Shown piece by piece: positions 1 to 7,139 of a DNA stretch of 20,000 nucleotides. Made by a program: the position numbers and the translations under genes. This DNA comes from an uncultured virus (IMG/VR IMGVR_UViG_3300028569_000010) (taxonomy: Duplodnaviria; Heunggongvirae; Uroviricota; Caudoviricetes). A model generated the notes under the pieces. That model was given only the letters and a program-made list of their open reading frames with translations. It was not told the origin of the DNA and did no database searches. The stretch lies in the IMG/VR virus record IMGVR_UViG_3300028569_000010; one strand, 5' to 3'. Within the stretch, counting starts at the first letter, position 1. Each line of letters begins with the position of its first letter.

Positions 1-4
1 ATTT

Positions 5-223
5 ATGAAGAATTTTATTTTTGCAATGATTGCTACGTTTATTTTTACTGGTAGTTCGTTTGGTGGAGAGTGTCTCAATGGCACTTGTAATCTTCGTTCT
101 AGGACTGTGAATGTAACAAGAGAAATTGTCAATGTTCCAGTTGTAGTTACTAGGAAAGTTGTAGATACAACTCGTAATACTACAAAGCGAACAGTTAATC
201 GCGTTCGTAATATTGTTCGTTAA
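5..223 (+). CDS. Small putative exported protein
   Basis: Signal-peptide-like N-terminus (MKNFIFAMIATFIFTGSSFG), C-x4-C motif, Arg/Thr/Val-rich tail. Confidence 0.7.
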   Translation: MKNFIFAMIATFIFTGSSFGGECLNGTCNLRSRTVNVTREIVNVPVVVTRKVVDTTRNTTKRTVNRVRNIVR

Positions 224-248
224 ATTCTTTAAGTTAAAGGAGTAACTT

Positions 249-587
249 ATGAAAACTTTGTTCTATACTTTTATATTGATGATATTTGCTACTTCGGCAA
301 TTGCATCAAACCCTATTTATAATCATAACGGTCAAACTATACAGTATAAGTATAGTACAAACACTATGATTGATCAAGATAGGTGCCAAGCAGAAGCAAA
401 CCATATGGCCGCTAATAACATTGCCGGTCATGTATGGGGAGTTATAGGTAATTTTGAAGGGGTTGGTTATGGCAATAGTCCAAATTGTCAAACTTGTACT
501 CCCAGTTCAAATATGAGAATGACGGGAGATGCTTCGGCTTTGGGCAGAAATGGTAAATGGTATAGAGTTAGAAGTTGGCGTTATTGA
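249..587 (+). CDS. Putative exported protein, weakly CAP/SCP-like
   Basis: AAGGAG RBS; signal peptide ending AIA; CQAEANHMAANNIAGH..FEGVG segment resembles a CAP-domain core (recognition only). Confidence 0.7.
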   Translation: MKTLFYTFILMIFATSAIASNPIYNHNGQTIQYKYSTNTMIDQDRCQAEANHMAANNIAGHVWGVIGNFEGVGYGNSPNCQTCTPSSNMRMTGDASALGRNGKWYRVRSWRY

Positions 588-595
588 AAAAAAAC

Positions 596-624
596 TTGAC
601 ACAGGGGTAGATGGGTAGTATACT
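596..624 (+). promoter_or_regulatory. Sigma70-like promoter for the tRNA cluster
   Basis: TTGACA(596-601)-17 nt-TATACT(619-624), 12 nt before tRNA-Glu. Confidence 0.8.
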
Positions 625-636
625 TGTAGTGTCAGT

Positions 637-709
637 GGCCCTATCGTCTAACGGTTCAGGACTTCGGATTTTCGTTCCGAATATCGGGGTTCGAATCCCC
701 GTAGGGTCA
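637..709 (+). tRNA. tRNA-Glu(TTC)
   Basis: Acceptor GGCCCTA/TAGGGTC; anticodon arm TCGGA-TTTTCGT-TCCGA; T-loop TTCGAAT. Confidence 0.9.
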
Positions 710-713
710 TTTT

Positions 714-785
714 GCCGATGTAGCACAACGGTAGTGCAATTGATTTGTAATCAATAGGTTGAAGGTTCAAATCCTTTCGTCGGCT
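714..785 (+). tRNA. tRNA-Thr(TGT)
   Basis: Acceptor GCCGATG/CGTCGGC; ATTGA-TTTGTAA-TCAAT; T-loop TTCAAAT. Confidence 0.93.
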
Positions 786-897
786 CTGTAACTAAAAATA
801 ACTTTATTATTCTTTAGTAATAACAAATTTCTTTCTACTTCAGCAAGAGATTTGGCAGCAAAAGTTAGTGACACTTTTTGTGTAGGTTAAATTCTAC

Positions 898-968
898 TCC
901 GAGATGGTGAAACGGTATCACAGTTGACTTTGGATCAATTTTTCTACGTTCGAATCGTAGTCTCGGAA
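898..968 (+). tRNA. tRNA-Gln(TTG)
   Basis: Acceptor CCCGAGA/TCTCGGA (C1:A72 mismatch); GTTGA-CTTTGGA-TCAAT; T-arm CTACG-TTCGAAT-CGTAG. Confidence 0.88.
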
Positions 969-973
969 CTAGA

Positions 974-1054
974 TGCCTCGTGGCGGAATGGTAAACGCAC
1001 TTGACTGTTAATCAAGCGTCGAAAGACATGTACGTTCGAGTCGTACCGAGGCAG
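974..1054 (+). tRNA. tRNA-Asn(GTT) with extended variable arm
   Basis: Acceptor TGCCTCG/CGAGGCA, G73; CTTGA-CTGTTAA-TCAAG; 13-nt variable region CGTCGAAAGACAT; T-arm GTACG-TTCGAGT-CGTAC. Confidence 0.9.
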
Positions 1055-1057
1055 TTT

Positions 1058-1142
1058 GGCTGGATGGCAGAGTGGTCTAATGCACCGGTTTACTAAACCG
1101 ACGAGGAAAAATCCTCCACAAGTTCGAATCTTGTTCCAGCCG
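1058..1142 (+). tRNA. tRNA-Ser(ACT), class II
   Basis: Acceptor GGCTGGA/TCCAGCC, G73; CCGGT-TTACTAA-ACCGA; long variable arm GAGGA-AAAA-TCCTC; T-arm ACAAG-TTCGAAT-CTTGT. Confidence 0.85.
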
Positions 1143-1202
1143 TTTTAAGATGTTCGATTCATTGCCATATGGTGTATATATTACTACACATAGGAGATTA
1201 CA

Positions 1203-1643
1203 ATGAAACCAAAGACATTAAAAGAACAGATATTAGAACTTAAAAACCAAGGTTATTCCTACAATGAAATTAAAGAAAAGCTTGGATGTTCAAAAGCCAC
1301 TATATCTTATCACGTAGGCATAGGGCAGAAAGATAAGACCAAACAAAGAACTAGGGATGGTAGAACTAAAGTAAGAAAATACTTACAAGAATATAAAGCT
1401 GGTAAGAAATGCGCGGATTGCGGAGAAAACTATCCATACTGGATTTTAGAGTTTGATCATTTAAGAGATAAAAAATTTACAATAGGACAATTTAGTTCTA
1501 AGACAGTAGATCTAGTAGTAATTAAAGAAGAAATAGAAAAATGCGATATAGTATGCTCTAACTGTCATAGAAATAGAACTTTTAATAGATTGGTTAAAGA
1601 CGGGGGTGGGGTATCTTGGGAACATTGTGACTATCCAGAATAA
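1203..1643 (+). CDS. Free-standing HNH endonuclease with N-terminal HTH
   Basis: AGGAG RBS; HTH-like GYSYNEIKEKLGCSKATISYH; CADC..LEFDH..CSNCH Zn/HNH core. Confidence 0.85.
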   Translation: MKPKTLKEQILELKNQGYSYNEIKEKLGCSKATISYHVGIGQKDKTKQRTRDGRTKVRKYLQEYKAGKKCADCGENYPYWILEFDHLRDKKFTIGQFSSKTVDLVVIKEEIEKCDIVCSNCHRNRTFNRLVKDGGGVSWEHCDYPE

Positions 1644-1647
1644 GTTA

Positions 1648-1729
1648 GGTAGATTACTCAAGTGGACAACGAGGGCAGACTGTAAATCTGCTGGCATTGC
1701 CTTCGCTGGTTCGAATCCAGCATCTACCA
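1648..1729 (+). tRNA. tRNA-Tyr(GTA)
   Basis: Acceptor GGTAGAT/ATCTACC, A73; GCAGA-CTGTAAA-TCTGC; class II variable arm; TTCGAAT. Confidence 0.93.
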
Positions 1730-1748
1730 GATTTTTTAAAGATCTACC

Positions 1749-1776
1749 TTGACACATGACGATACTGTGTTATAAT
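1749..1776 (+). promoter_or_regulatory. Sigma70-like promoter with CGAT spacer element
   Basis: TTGACA-catgaCGATactgtgt-TATAAT (16 nt spacer, extended -10 TG). Confidence 0.8.
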
Positions 1777-1815
1777 GGGCGTATACACCACATTCGATAA
1801 TTTGGAGAATAACTA

Positions 1816-2277
1816 ATGGGAATGGGAAGTTTTGCGGTCAATAGTTTTGTTATTGGATATGATGATCTTAAGAAGATCTGTCCAGATGAGATTAAATCTA
1901 TTGAGCAAGAGTTGTATTTTGGTGATATTGGTTGGAATGGTATTGGTCGATGGTTGGCATGGAACGATCCTGACCAAATAGAGGATAGTATATCAGACTC
2001 TATTGATTGTGAGGATGTAGAGGACTGTCAAAAGATTGCAGAAGAATTGGTAATTAAATATGATAAGCATATTCAAGCACTAAAAGATTCATTCTCTAAC
2101 AAAACCGGCCTAACTCTATACTTTGACTCTTATGATGAGGATGGTGGGGATAGATATGATGAGCCTAATGACGAGGATGGCTGTATATTCTGTGTAGATG
2201 GCATGGTAGTATTGTCTCCTGCTGGTGAAAAGTTCAAGGATATTGTTACTGAGCGTAGATGGACACAGTTTGGATGA
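1816..2277 (+). CDS. Acidic hypothetical protein
   Basis: GGAG RBS, 153 aa ORF downstream of promoter. Confidence 0.8.
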   Translation: MGMGSFAVNSFVIGYDDLKKICPDEIKSIEQELYFGDIGWNGIGRWLAWNDPDQIEDSISDSIDCEDVEDCQKIAEELVIKYDKHIQALKDSFSNKTGLTLYFDSYDEDGGDRYDEPNDEDGCIFCVDGMVVLSPAGEKFKDIVTERRWTQFG

Positions 2278-2531
2278 TCTGGAAAGAAATAAAAACTTGG
2301 GCCACAAACAAAGGTTATAAAGTAGATCGTAAGTCTATTGAAGGACAAGATAAGAAATATGTCTACTCTTGGAAGTACAATGATGTAGAGGGAATTACAT
2401 ACAGTACAAATGAATGCGCAACCATGATATACAATCATATGACTAATAATGAGTTTGTAGAATATCAGAAAGAGTACGAGAAAACCAAAGTAAAAGAAGA
2501 TATTATTATTGCGGGTGTAACTCAATGGTAG
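2274..2531 (+). CDS. Hypothetical protein; 3' end overlaps tRNA-Gly
   Basis: ATGA overlap with upstream stop suggests start 2274; stop TAG 2529-2531 lies inside the tRNA. Confidence 0.7.
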   Translation: MIWKEIKTWATNKGYKVDRKSIEGQDKKYVYSWKYNDVEGITYSTNECATMIYNHMTNNEFVEYQKEYEKTKVKEDIIIAGVTQW

Positions 2532-2584
2532 AGTAACTGCCTTCCAAGCAGAATACGAGGGTTCGATTCCCTCTACCCGCTCCA
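2511..2584 (+). tRNA. tRNA-Gly(TCC), encoded CCA
   Basis: Acceptor GCGGGTG/TACCCGC, T73, CCA; CTGC-CTTCCAA-GCAG; TTCGATT. Confidence 0.93.
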
Positions 2585-2603
2585 ATTTTAACTAGGAGTA
2601 ATT

Positions 2604-2870
2604 ATGACAGTTCAAGAATTGCGTTCGATGGGATTTAAGGTAAAGGTTCTTCACTTTAGGAAGCCTATTACTAAATATAAAGTAAGCGGTGAAAAGTATG
2701 TAGATTATTCTACACCTAGTCCAAAGGGTGGAGCAACACAGATAATTATAGATAGTCCAGATGGGCAACATTTTGAAGGTAAGGCTAAGTGTAGTGATAA
2801 TGATAACTACGATAAAAAGCTTGGCATAAGGATTGCTCTAGGTCGAGCGGGATTAAACTATAGTTTTTAG
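2604..2870 (+). CDS. Hypothetical phage protein
   Basis: AGGAG RBS; C-terminal AKCSDNDNYDKKLGIRIALGRA resembles a motif common in small phage proteins. Confidence 0.75.
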   Translation: MTVQELRSMGFKVKVLHFRKPITKYKVSGEKYVDYSTPSPKGGATQIIIDSPDGQHFEGKAKCSDNDNYDKKLGIRIALGRAGLNYSF

Positions 2871-2879
2871 GAATATTAT

Positions 2880-3200
2880 ATGCCATATATTAAAAAAGAT
2901 AATCGTACTGTTTTAGATAGATATATTAATCACTTATCTGAAGCAATTAGTGATAAACATACTAATGAAGATATTATGAATATTATGGGAGATCTAAACT
3001 ATAGTATTACTAGACTTTGTGCTAGTGTTATAAGTGAAAATATAACTTACTCTAAGATAGGTATGATTACTGGCGTCCTTGAAAATGTAAAACAAGAACT
3101 CTATCGTAGAATAGCAGTTCCTTACGAAGAAAATAAAGTGATTGAAAATGGCGACGTTGAAGAATTTACAAAAATAGATTTCTGGAAACACACTACTTGA
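2880..3200 (+). CDS. Conserved hypothetical protein (DUF6899-like)
   Basis: MPYIK..GDLNYSITRL..GVLENVKQELYRR..PYE..K..NGD pattern; family name recalled, not searched. Confidence 0.7.
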   Translation: MPYIKKDNRTVLDRYINHLSEAISDKHTNEDIMNIMGDLNYSITRLCASVISENITYSKIGMITGVLENVKQELYRRIAVPYEENKVIENGDVEEFTKIDFWKHTT

Positions 3201-3225
3201 CAAACGCCGATAGACGAGTTAGAAT
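3197..3225 (+). promoter_or_regulatory. Sigma70-like promoter with CGAT spacer element
   Basis: TTGACA-aacgcCGATagacgagt-TAGAAT (17 nt). Confidence 0.75.
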
Positions 3226-3260
3226 ATGGCTATTCTGATTCGTCTACATTGGGAGGATTT

Positions 3261-3491
3261 ATGACTATTCAAATTGATTATAATACAGCAGCAATGGAAT
3301 GTGCCAGATATATTTTTGATAGTGACTGTGAACAGGTTAGTTATCAAGATTATATTCAAGAAGGAAATGATCCCAGAGAGCATATTCTGTATTGTGCGGC
3401 TGTTGTTTTGGGTGAAACAGAAGATTTTCAAGGTGATATAGACGAATACATTAAGATGGAGAATGAATACAATGAAGCAAGTGGTTCTTAG
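3261..3491 (+). CDS. Acidic hypothetical protein
   Basis: GGAGG RBS before ATG 3261. Confidence 0.75.
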   Translation: MTIQIDYNTAAMECARYIFDSDCEQVSYQDYIQEGNDPREHILYCAAVVLGETEDFQGDIDEYIKMENEYNEASGS

Positions 3492-3654
3492 GGTTGATGG
3501 GGGTATTGTTGATACTATTACTATTCCACAAGGGGTAGAAGTTGTTATTCGTGACTATGATATGGTTAATACTATAGATAATGAGTTGGTGCAAACTGAT
3601 GATACCGGAAAAGAGTATGTGGAAATAGTATTTGAGGAAACAGAGTACGCATGA
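3463..3654 (+). CDS. Hypothetical protein
   Basis: ORF coupled to next gene by ATGA; start could be 3472. Confidence 0.7.
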   Translation: MNTMKQVVLRVDGGIVDTITIPQGVEVVIRDYDMVNTIDNELVQTDDTGKEYVEIVFEETEYA

Positions 3655-4409
3655 TTCGCCAAAGAATTAACTACTGGTCAACTTCTAAGGTCGCGGATTT
3701 TATTCGCGGCGAGGATAAGCCTCATGCTTTGGGCTGGCATGAATGGGATGAATGGCACAAAGATATTAAACAGAGAAAGCCTGCACGATATTGGTTGAGT
3801 GAAAAAGGACTAAATATTCTACAGAATACCATATATTACCCATACGATCTTTATCATACAATAGAGATTTATGTGCGAAATCGTTGGATAGATAAAACTC
3901 ATGTATTGAATACCGGATTAAAACCGGGACAGTATTATGAATTTGACTACAAAGTTTTGCACGGTTTATTCTATGAATTGACAGATTATGTAGAAGTAGA
4001 ATTGGCCGGGATGCAAACTTGGCATAATGAAAATAAATACAATTTTGTTAAAGGAAGATGTGCGGAAGCAGGATTAGATTATTTGGAGTGGGCAAGTTCT
4101 TTAACCTATGATGACGCTTTTTTAAGAAAAAATGATAAGCGTAAGGGTAAACTTACGCCACAAGCAATATCAGCACAAAAAGTGCGTGAACTTTATGAAT
4201 GGTGGAAAATAACAAGACCCAATAGACCCGAACCTAGCGTAGTTGCTAAATATAACGAGATAGTTGGAGATACTGTACTTGATGGTAAACTTTCTGCTAA
4301 GAAACGGGCTTGTCTTACCAAAATCAACAAGATCGAAGATGGATACGAAAAAGAGGATACTGACAAACTTATCGAACTTATTAAGATAAGAAGGGAAATT
4401 TGGACATGA
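3651..4409 (+). CDS. Hypothetical protein, paralog of 10958-11707
   Basis: Shared blocks such as NYW..SK.ADFIRG and TGLKPG.YYEFD...LHGLF.EL.DYVEVE. Confidence 0.85.
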   Translation: MIRQRINYWSTSKVADFIRGEDKPHALGWHEWDEWHKDIKQRKPARYWLSEKGLNILQNTIYYPYDLYHTIEIYVRNRWIDKTHVLNTGLKPGQYYEFDYKVLHGLFYELTDYVEVELAGMQTWHNENKYNFVKGRCAEAGLDYLEWASSLTYDDAFLRKNDKRKGKLTPQAISAQKVRELYEWWKITRPNRPEPSVVAKYNEIVGDTVLDGKLSAKKRACLTKINKIEDGYEKEDTDKLIELIKIRREIWT

Positions 4410-4630
4410 CAAAGGTTGTTTTTGAATTTAATTTACCAGATGATCAACATGATTATGAAGTAATGAATCAGTCTAGTAAGATGCAGTCTTTTTTATGGGA
4501 TTTTAGTCAACAACTACGATCATGGTATAAATATCATCACGATTTCAAAGACGCCGATGATGCACTAGACAAGATAAGAGATGAGTTTTATCGACTACTT
4601 AATGAACATAATGTGAATATAGACCTATGA
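4406..4630 (+). CDS. Hypothetical protein
   Basis: ATGA overlaps at both ends; FEFNLPDDQ N-terminus typical of small phage proteins. Confidence 0.75.
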   Translation: MTKVVFEFNLPDDQHDYEVMNQSSKMQSFLWDFSQQLRSWYKYHHDFKDADDALDKIRDEFYRLLNEHNVNIDL

Positions 4631-4998
4631 AAGCAAATCTAGAACACGACTTATTTCCCTCTGAATATATCAGAAACAAATGTAAAAATAGTGAAATTTA
4701 TTCACAAAATTTATACGCTTGTCTTTGTAATAATAGGTTTTTTAAGAATAACGAAGAATGGAGTTGTTCTTGGAGAATGGCGGGAGGAATAGTAGCAGAC
4801 TTAAGAGATAAGGGAGAAGAATATACCGATTGGTATTGCAGTGGGATACTTGGAGATAAAGTTGATGGATATGTTGCCGAAAGCGTTGTAACATCAGAAA
4901 TTGCTAATGATCTTTTAAATCTAGGATGGACTATTAAGCCTTATGAACCAAGATTAGAACCGGGAGTATATAGAAATGAGTGGCGAATTACCAGATAG
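4627..4998 (+). CDS. Hypothetical protein, paralog of 11698-12060
   Basis: Shared YSQNLYA.LCNNRF, W.CSWR.AGGIVAD, DWYCSG, PYEPRLEPGVYRNEW. Confidence 0.85.
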   Translation: MKANLEHDLFPSEYIRNKCKNSEIYSQNLYACLCNNRFFKNNEEWSCSWRMAGGIVADLRDKGEEYTDWYCSGILGDKVDGYVAESVVTSEIANDLLNLGWTIKPYEPRLEPGVYRNEWRITR

Positions 4999-5095
4999 TA
5001 AAATACCGTGGTGGGACAATCATTATGAAGATGTTTATAGTGAAGAAGTAGAAGATGGCTATCCTTATGATACGGGAACCAAAGTGCAGGAATGA
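4976..5095 (+). CDS. 39-aa acidic microprotein (not in ORF track)
   Basis: MSGELPDSKIPWWDNHYEDVYSEEVEDGYPYDTGTKVQE; paralog at 12050-12172 differs mostly synonymously. Confidence 0.8.
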   Translation: MSGELPDSKIPWWDNHYEDVYSEEVEDGYPYDTGTKVQE

Positions 5096-5379
5096 AAACT
5101 TATAAAGAAGTTAAACGCAAAGTTGAGGATAAGGTATACTGCGATCTTTGTGGACAAAGTTGTACGCTAGATCAGTTTGGTAGTGAATATGCTACACTAG
5201 AGGCTATATGGGGATATGGCTCAAAAAAAGATGGAGAGAAGTTTGATATACAAATTTGCGAAAACTGTTTTAATGAAACTTTAAACTGGATGAAAGAAAA
5301 AAGAAGAATAAATTTAGGCTCGTTCTCATACCCTCATAATAAAGACCCGTTGAATGGAGAAAACTATAACATAATATGA
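5092..5379 (+). CDS. Zinc-finger-like hypothetical protein
   Basis: CDLC ... CENC pairs; ATGA coupling. Confidence 0.75.
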   Translation: MKTYKEVKRKVEDKVYCDLCGQSCTLDQFGSEYATLEAIWGYGSKKDGEKFDIQICENCFNETLNWMKEKRRINLGSFSYPHNKDPLNGENYNII

Positions 5380-5615
5380 GAAAACGAAAGAAAGAGAAAA
5401 GGGCTAAAGGTATCAAGGGTTATTTGCTTTATAGTCCAGTAACCCAAAATCATTTTTTTAGAGTACACAATAAGAAAGATCCGACTAAATTTAAGGATTA
5501 TAAAATAACCGCAGAAGATATAGAGATCAAACTATTGTCTAATTTTAATGCTCTAATAGAACTTGATACTGGTGAAAAAATACTAGATTATACTAGAGAA
5601 GTATTGGGGCACTAA
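5376..5615 (+). CDS. Hypothetical protein
   Basis: ORF coupled at both ends. Confidence 0.7.
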   Translation: MRKRKKEKRAKGIKGYLLYSPVTQNHFFRVHNKKDPTKFKDYKITAEDIEIKLLSNFNALIELDTGEKILDYTREVLGH

Positions 5616-6238
5616 TGAATAATCATATAACTCTCATTGGCGATGTTCACGGTAAATATGATCGTTACCATAAAATCATTCGTCAAACTGAGCGGCACCC
5701 ATACTCTGTACAAGTTGGGGATTTTGGCTTTGACTATACGACATTAAAGAATGTTGATCCGAAAAATCATGTATTTATTGGTGGGAATCATGACCAATAT
5801 GATATTATAAATGATGTCCCCAATTATCTTGGAGACTATGGATATGTGAATAATTTTAATGGTATTGACTTCTTCTTCTTTCGCGGTGCTTACAGTATTG
5901 ATAGACAATATAGAACAATAGGCATCGACTGGTGGGAGCAGGAGCAACTAAAGATGGAAGACTTTATTAAGGCAAGAGAACTTTATAGAGATATTAAGCC
6001 AAATATTATGATAACTCATGATTGTCCACAAGAGATTGTTCTACAAATGCTAAGGCCGGGAGATAGAGTATTTGAAAATCATACCTCTTGGGCTTTACAG
6101 GAGTTGTTTAATATTCATCAACCAAAGATGTGGTTTTTTGGTCACTGGCATAAGTCACGACAAATTCAGCATGGAAACACAAAGTTTATTTGTTTGAATG
6201 AGTTGGAAACTTATACTTTGACTAAAGATTCCTATTGA
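5615..6238 (+). CDS. Calcineurin-like metallophosphoesterase
   Basis: Motifs GDVHG, GDFG, GNHD, THDCP, GHWH. Confidence 0.9.
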   Translation: MNNHITLIGDVHGKYDRYHKIIRQTERHPYSVQVGDFGFDYTTLKNVDPKNHVFIGGNHDQYDIINDVPNYLGDYGYVNNFNGIDFFFFRGAYSIDRQYRTIGIDWWEQEQLKMEDFIKARELYRDIKPNIMITHDCPQEIVLQMLRPGDRVFENHTSWALQELFNIHQPKMWFFGHWHKSRQIQHGNTKFICLNELETYTLTKDSY

Positions 6239-6262
6239 CAAACGTCGATAGTGTGGTAACAT
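6235..6262 (+). promoter_or_regulatory. Sigma70-like promoter with CGAT spacer element
   Basis: TTGACA-aacgtCGATagtgtgg-TAACAT (16 nt). Confidence 0.7.
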
Positions 6263-6271
6263 AACAATATT

Positions 6272-6365
6272 GATGCCGAAAGGTTGGGATCGCGGGTAAT
6301 CCCATAATCAATTTCCGTAGACTTTTTAGCGTGGTTTTGTGTAAGATTGAAAACCACGATTCATC
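6272..6365 (+). ncRNA. Candidate structured RNA / leader
   Basis: GCC-GAAA-GGT hairpin; TGGGAT/ATCCCA hairpin; 9-bp CGTGGTTTT/AAAACCACG hairpin, directly after a promoter. Confidence 0.45.
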
Positions 6366-6385
6366 TTATAAAGAGATAATTATTT

Positions 6386-6667
6386 ATGGACTGCCCTAAT
6401 TGCTTAACTCCATGGAAATGTAATGGCCCCCATCTTGAGAAAAGCGATTTTAACTACTATAAAAGCAGTGAAGGTTATTGGGTATTCAAGCCTTTATTAC
6501 AAAAATATGTTTTTATTCCTTTTGAAAAAGAGTATGATGAAAATCAGCTCTTAGATATAAGCAATACATTGAAAATATTGAATAAAGAAAAGTATAAGAG
6601 TCAAAATAAAAGATTAGAAGTTTTACAAAAACTAAGTGACTTAGATCAGGAATTAGGATTAGTCTAA
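6386..6667 (+). CDS. Hypothetical protein
   Basis: 93 aa; CPNC...CNGPH putative metal-binding N-terminus. Confidence 0.7.
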   Translation: MDCPNCLTPWKCNGPHLEKSDFNYYKSSEGYWVFKPLLQKYVFIPFEKEYDENQLLDISNTLKILNKEKYKSQNKRLEVLQKLSDLDQELGLV

Positions 6668-6861
6668 TGAAAATGGGATCAGTGGTTGTATTTGAACCAA
6701 ATAACTTTAATCCAGAATTTTGGAAACAATTTCCAGAAGAGGATAAGATTAAATATTATGGGCCTTTGGGCTATGGTTCAAACAAGAAAAAGTTTTTCGT
6801 ATTTTTAACAGAAATTTATGCTGCTCCCCGATGGGAGTTCTTACCAGTACGGTTTTTATAG
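6667..6861 (+). CDS. Hypothetical protein
   Basis: TAATG coupling, 64 aa. Confidence 0.6.
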   Translation: MKMGSVVVFEPNNFNPEFWKQFPEEDKIKYYGPLGYGSNKKKFFVFLTEIYAAPRWEFLPVRFL

Positions 6862-6912
6862 GATACAAATCAAATCTTCCTAAGAAAAACCCTAAAGACA
6901 AAGAAGAAAAAT

Positions 6913-7011
6913 ATGTCGTGGCAAGCAAGCCTGCTTAAAATTATGGAAATTTGTTGCGGTATATTATTAGCACGATTAATATTATTTTTTATAAACAAGA
7001 TCAAGAACTGA
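6913..7011 (+). CDS. Possible 32-aa hydrophobic peptide (not in ORF track)
   Basis: MSWQASLLKIMEICCGILLARLILFFINKIKN; fills the gap; no clear RBS. Confidence 0.4.
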   Translation: MSWQASLLKIMEICCGILLARLILFFINKIKN

Positions 7012-7021
7012 ATTAACAGTC

Positions 7022-7130
7022 ACCTTTGGGTTGATCGCCAAGGGTAGCGTCCTGAGCCTCTGGTTCATCTATTGTAGGGATTTCCCTCTCGATGTTCAAT
7101 GCTCAATAATGGGGGCGCTTTCAATACGCC
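7022..7130 (+). ncRNA. Candidate structured RNA
   Basis: GC-enriched intergenic tract with ACCTTTGG/CCAAGGGT hairpin and nested stems AGCGTCC/GGGCGCT, TGAGC/GCTCA, CATC/GATG, AGGG/CCCT. Confidence 0.5.
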
Positions 7131-7139
7131 GGAGAAATT

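Noticed and set aside
825..850. UCA-anticodon (Sec or opal suppressor) tRNA in the spacer
   Set aside because: CTTCAGC loop is present but there is no T-arm, D-loop GG or proper acceptor stem
1086..1100. tRNA at 1058-1142 read as an amber suppressor (CTA), implying stop-codon recoding
   Set aside because: The 7-nt loop TTACTAA centres on ACT; genes are intact under the standard code and several end in TAG followed by a new gene or RNA
2130..2585. 151-aa minus-strand ORF (also 1512-1757)
   Set aside because: N-termini are antisense tRNA translations (ERVEGIEPS, DAGFEPA) and they shadow better + strand features
7022..7130. HDV-like/theta, twister or hammerhead ribozyme
   Set aside because: Could not build the nested double pseudoknot or find the catalytic-core consensus; kept only as an unclassified RNA candidate
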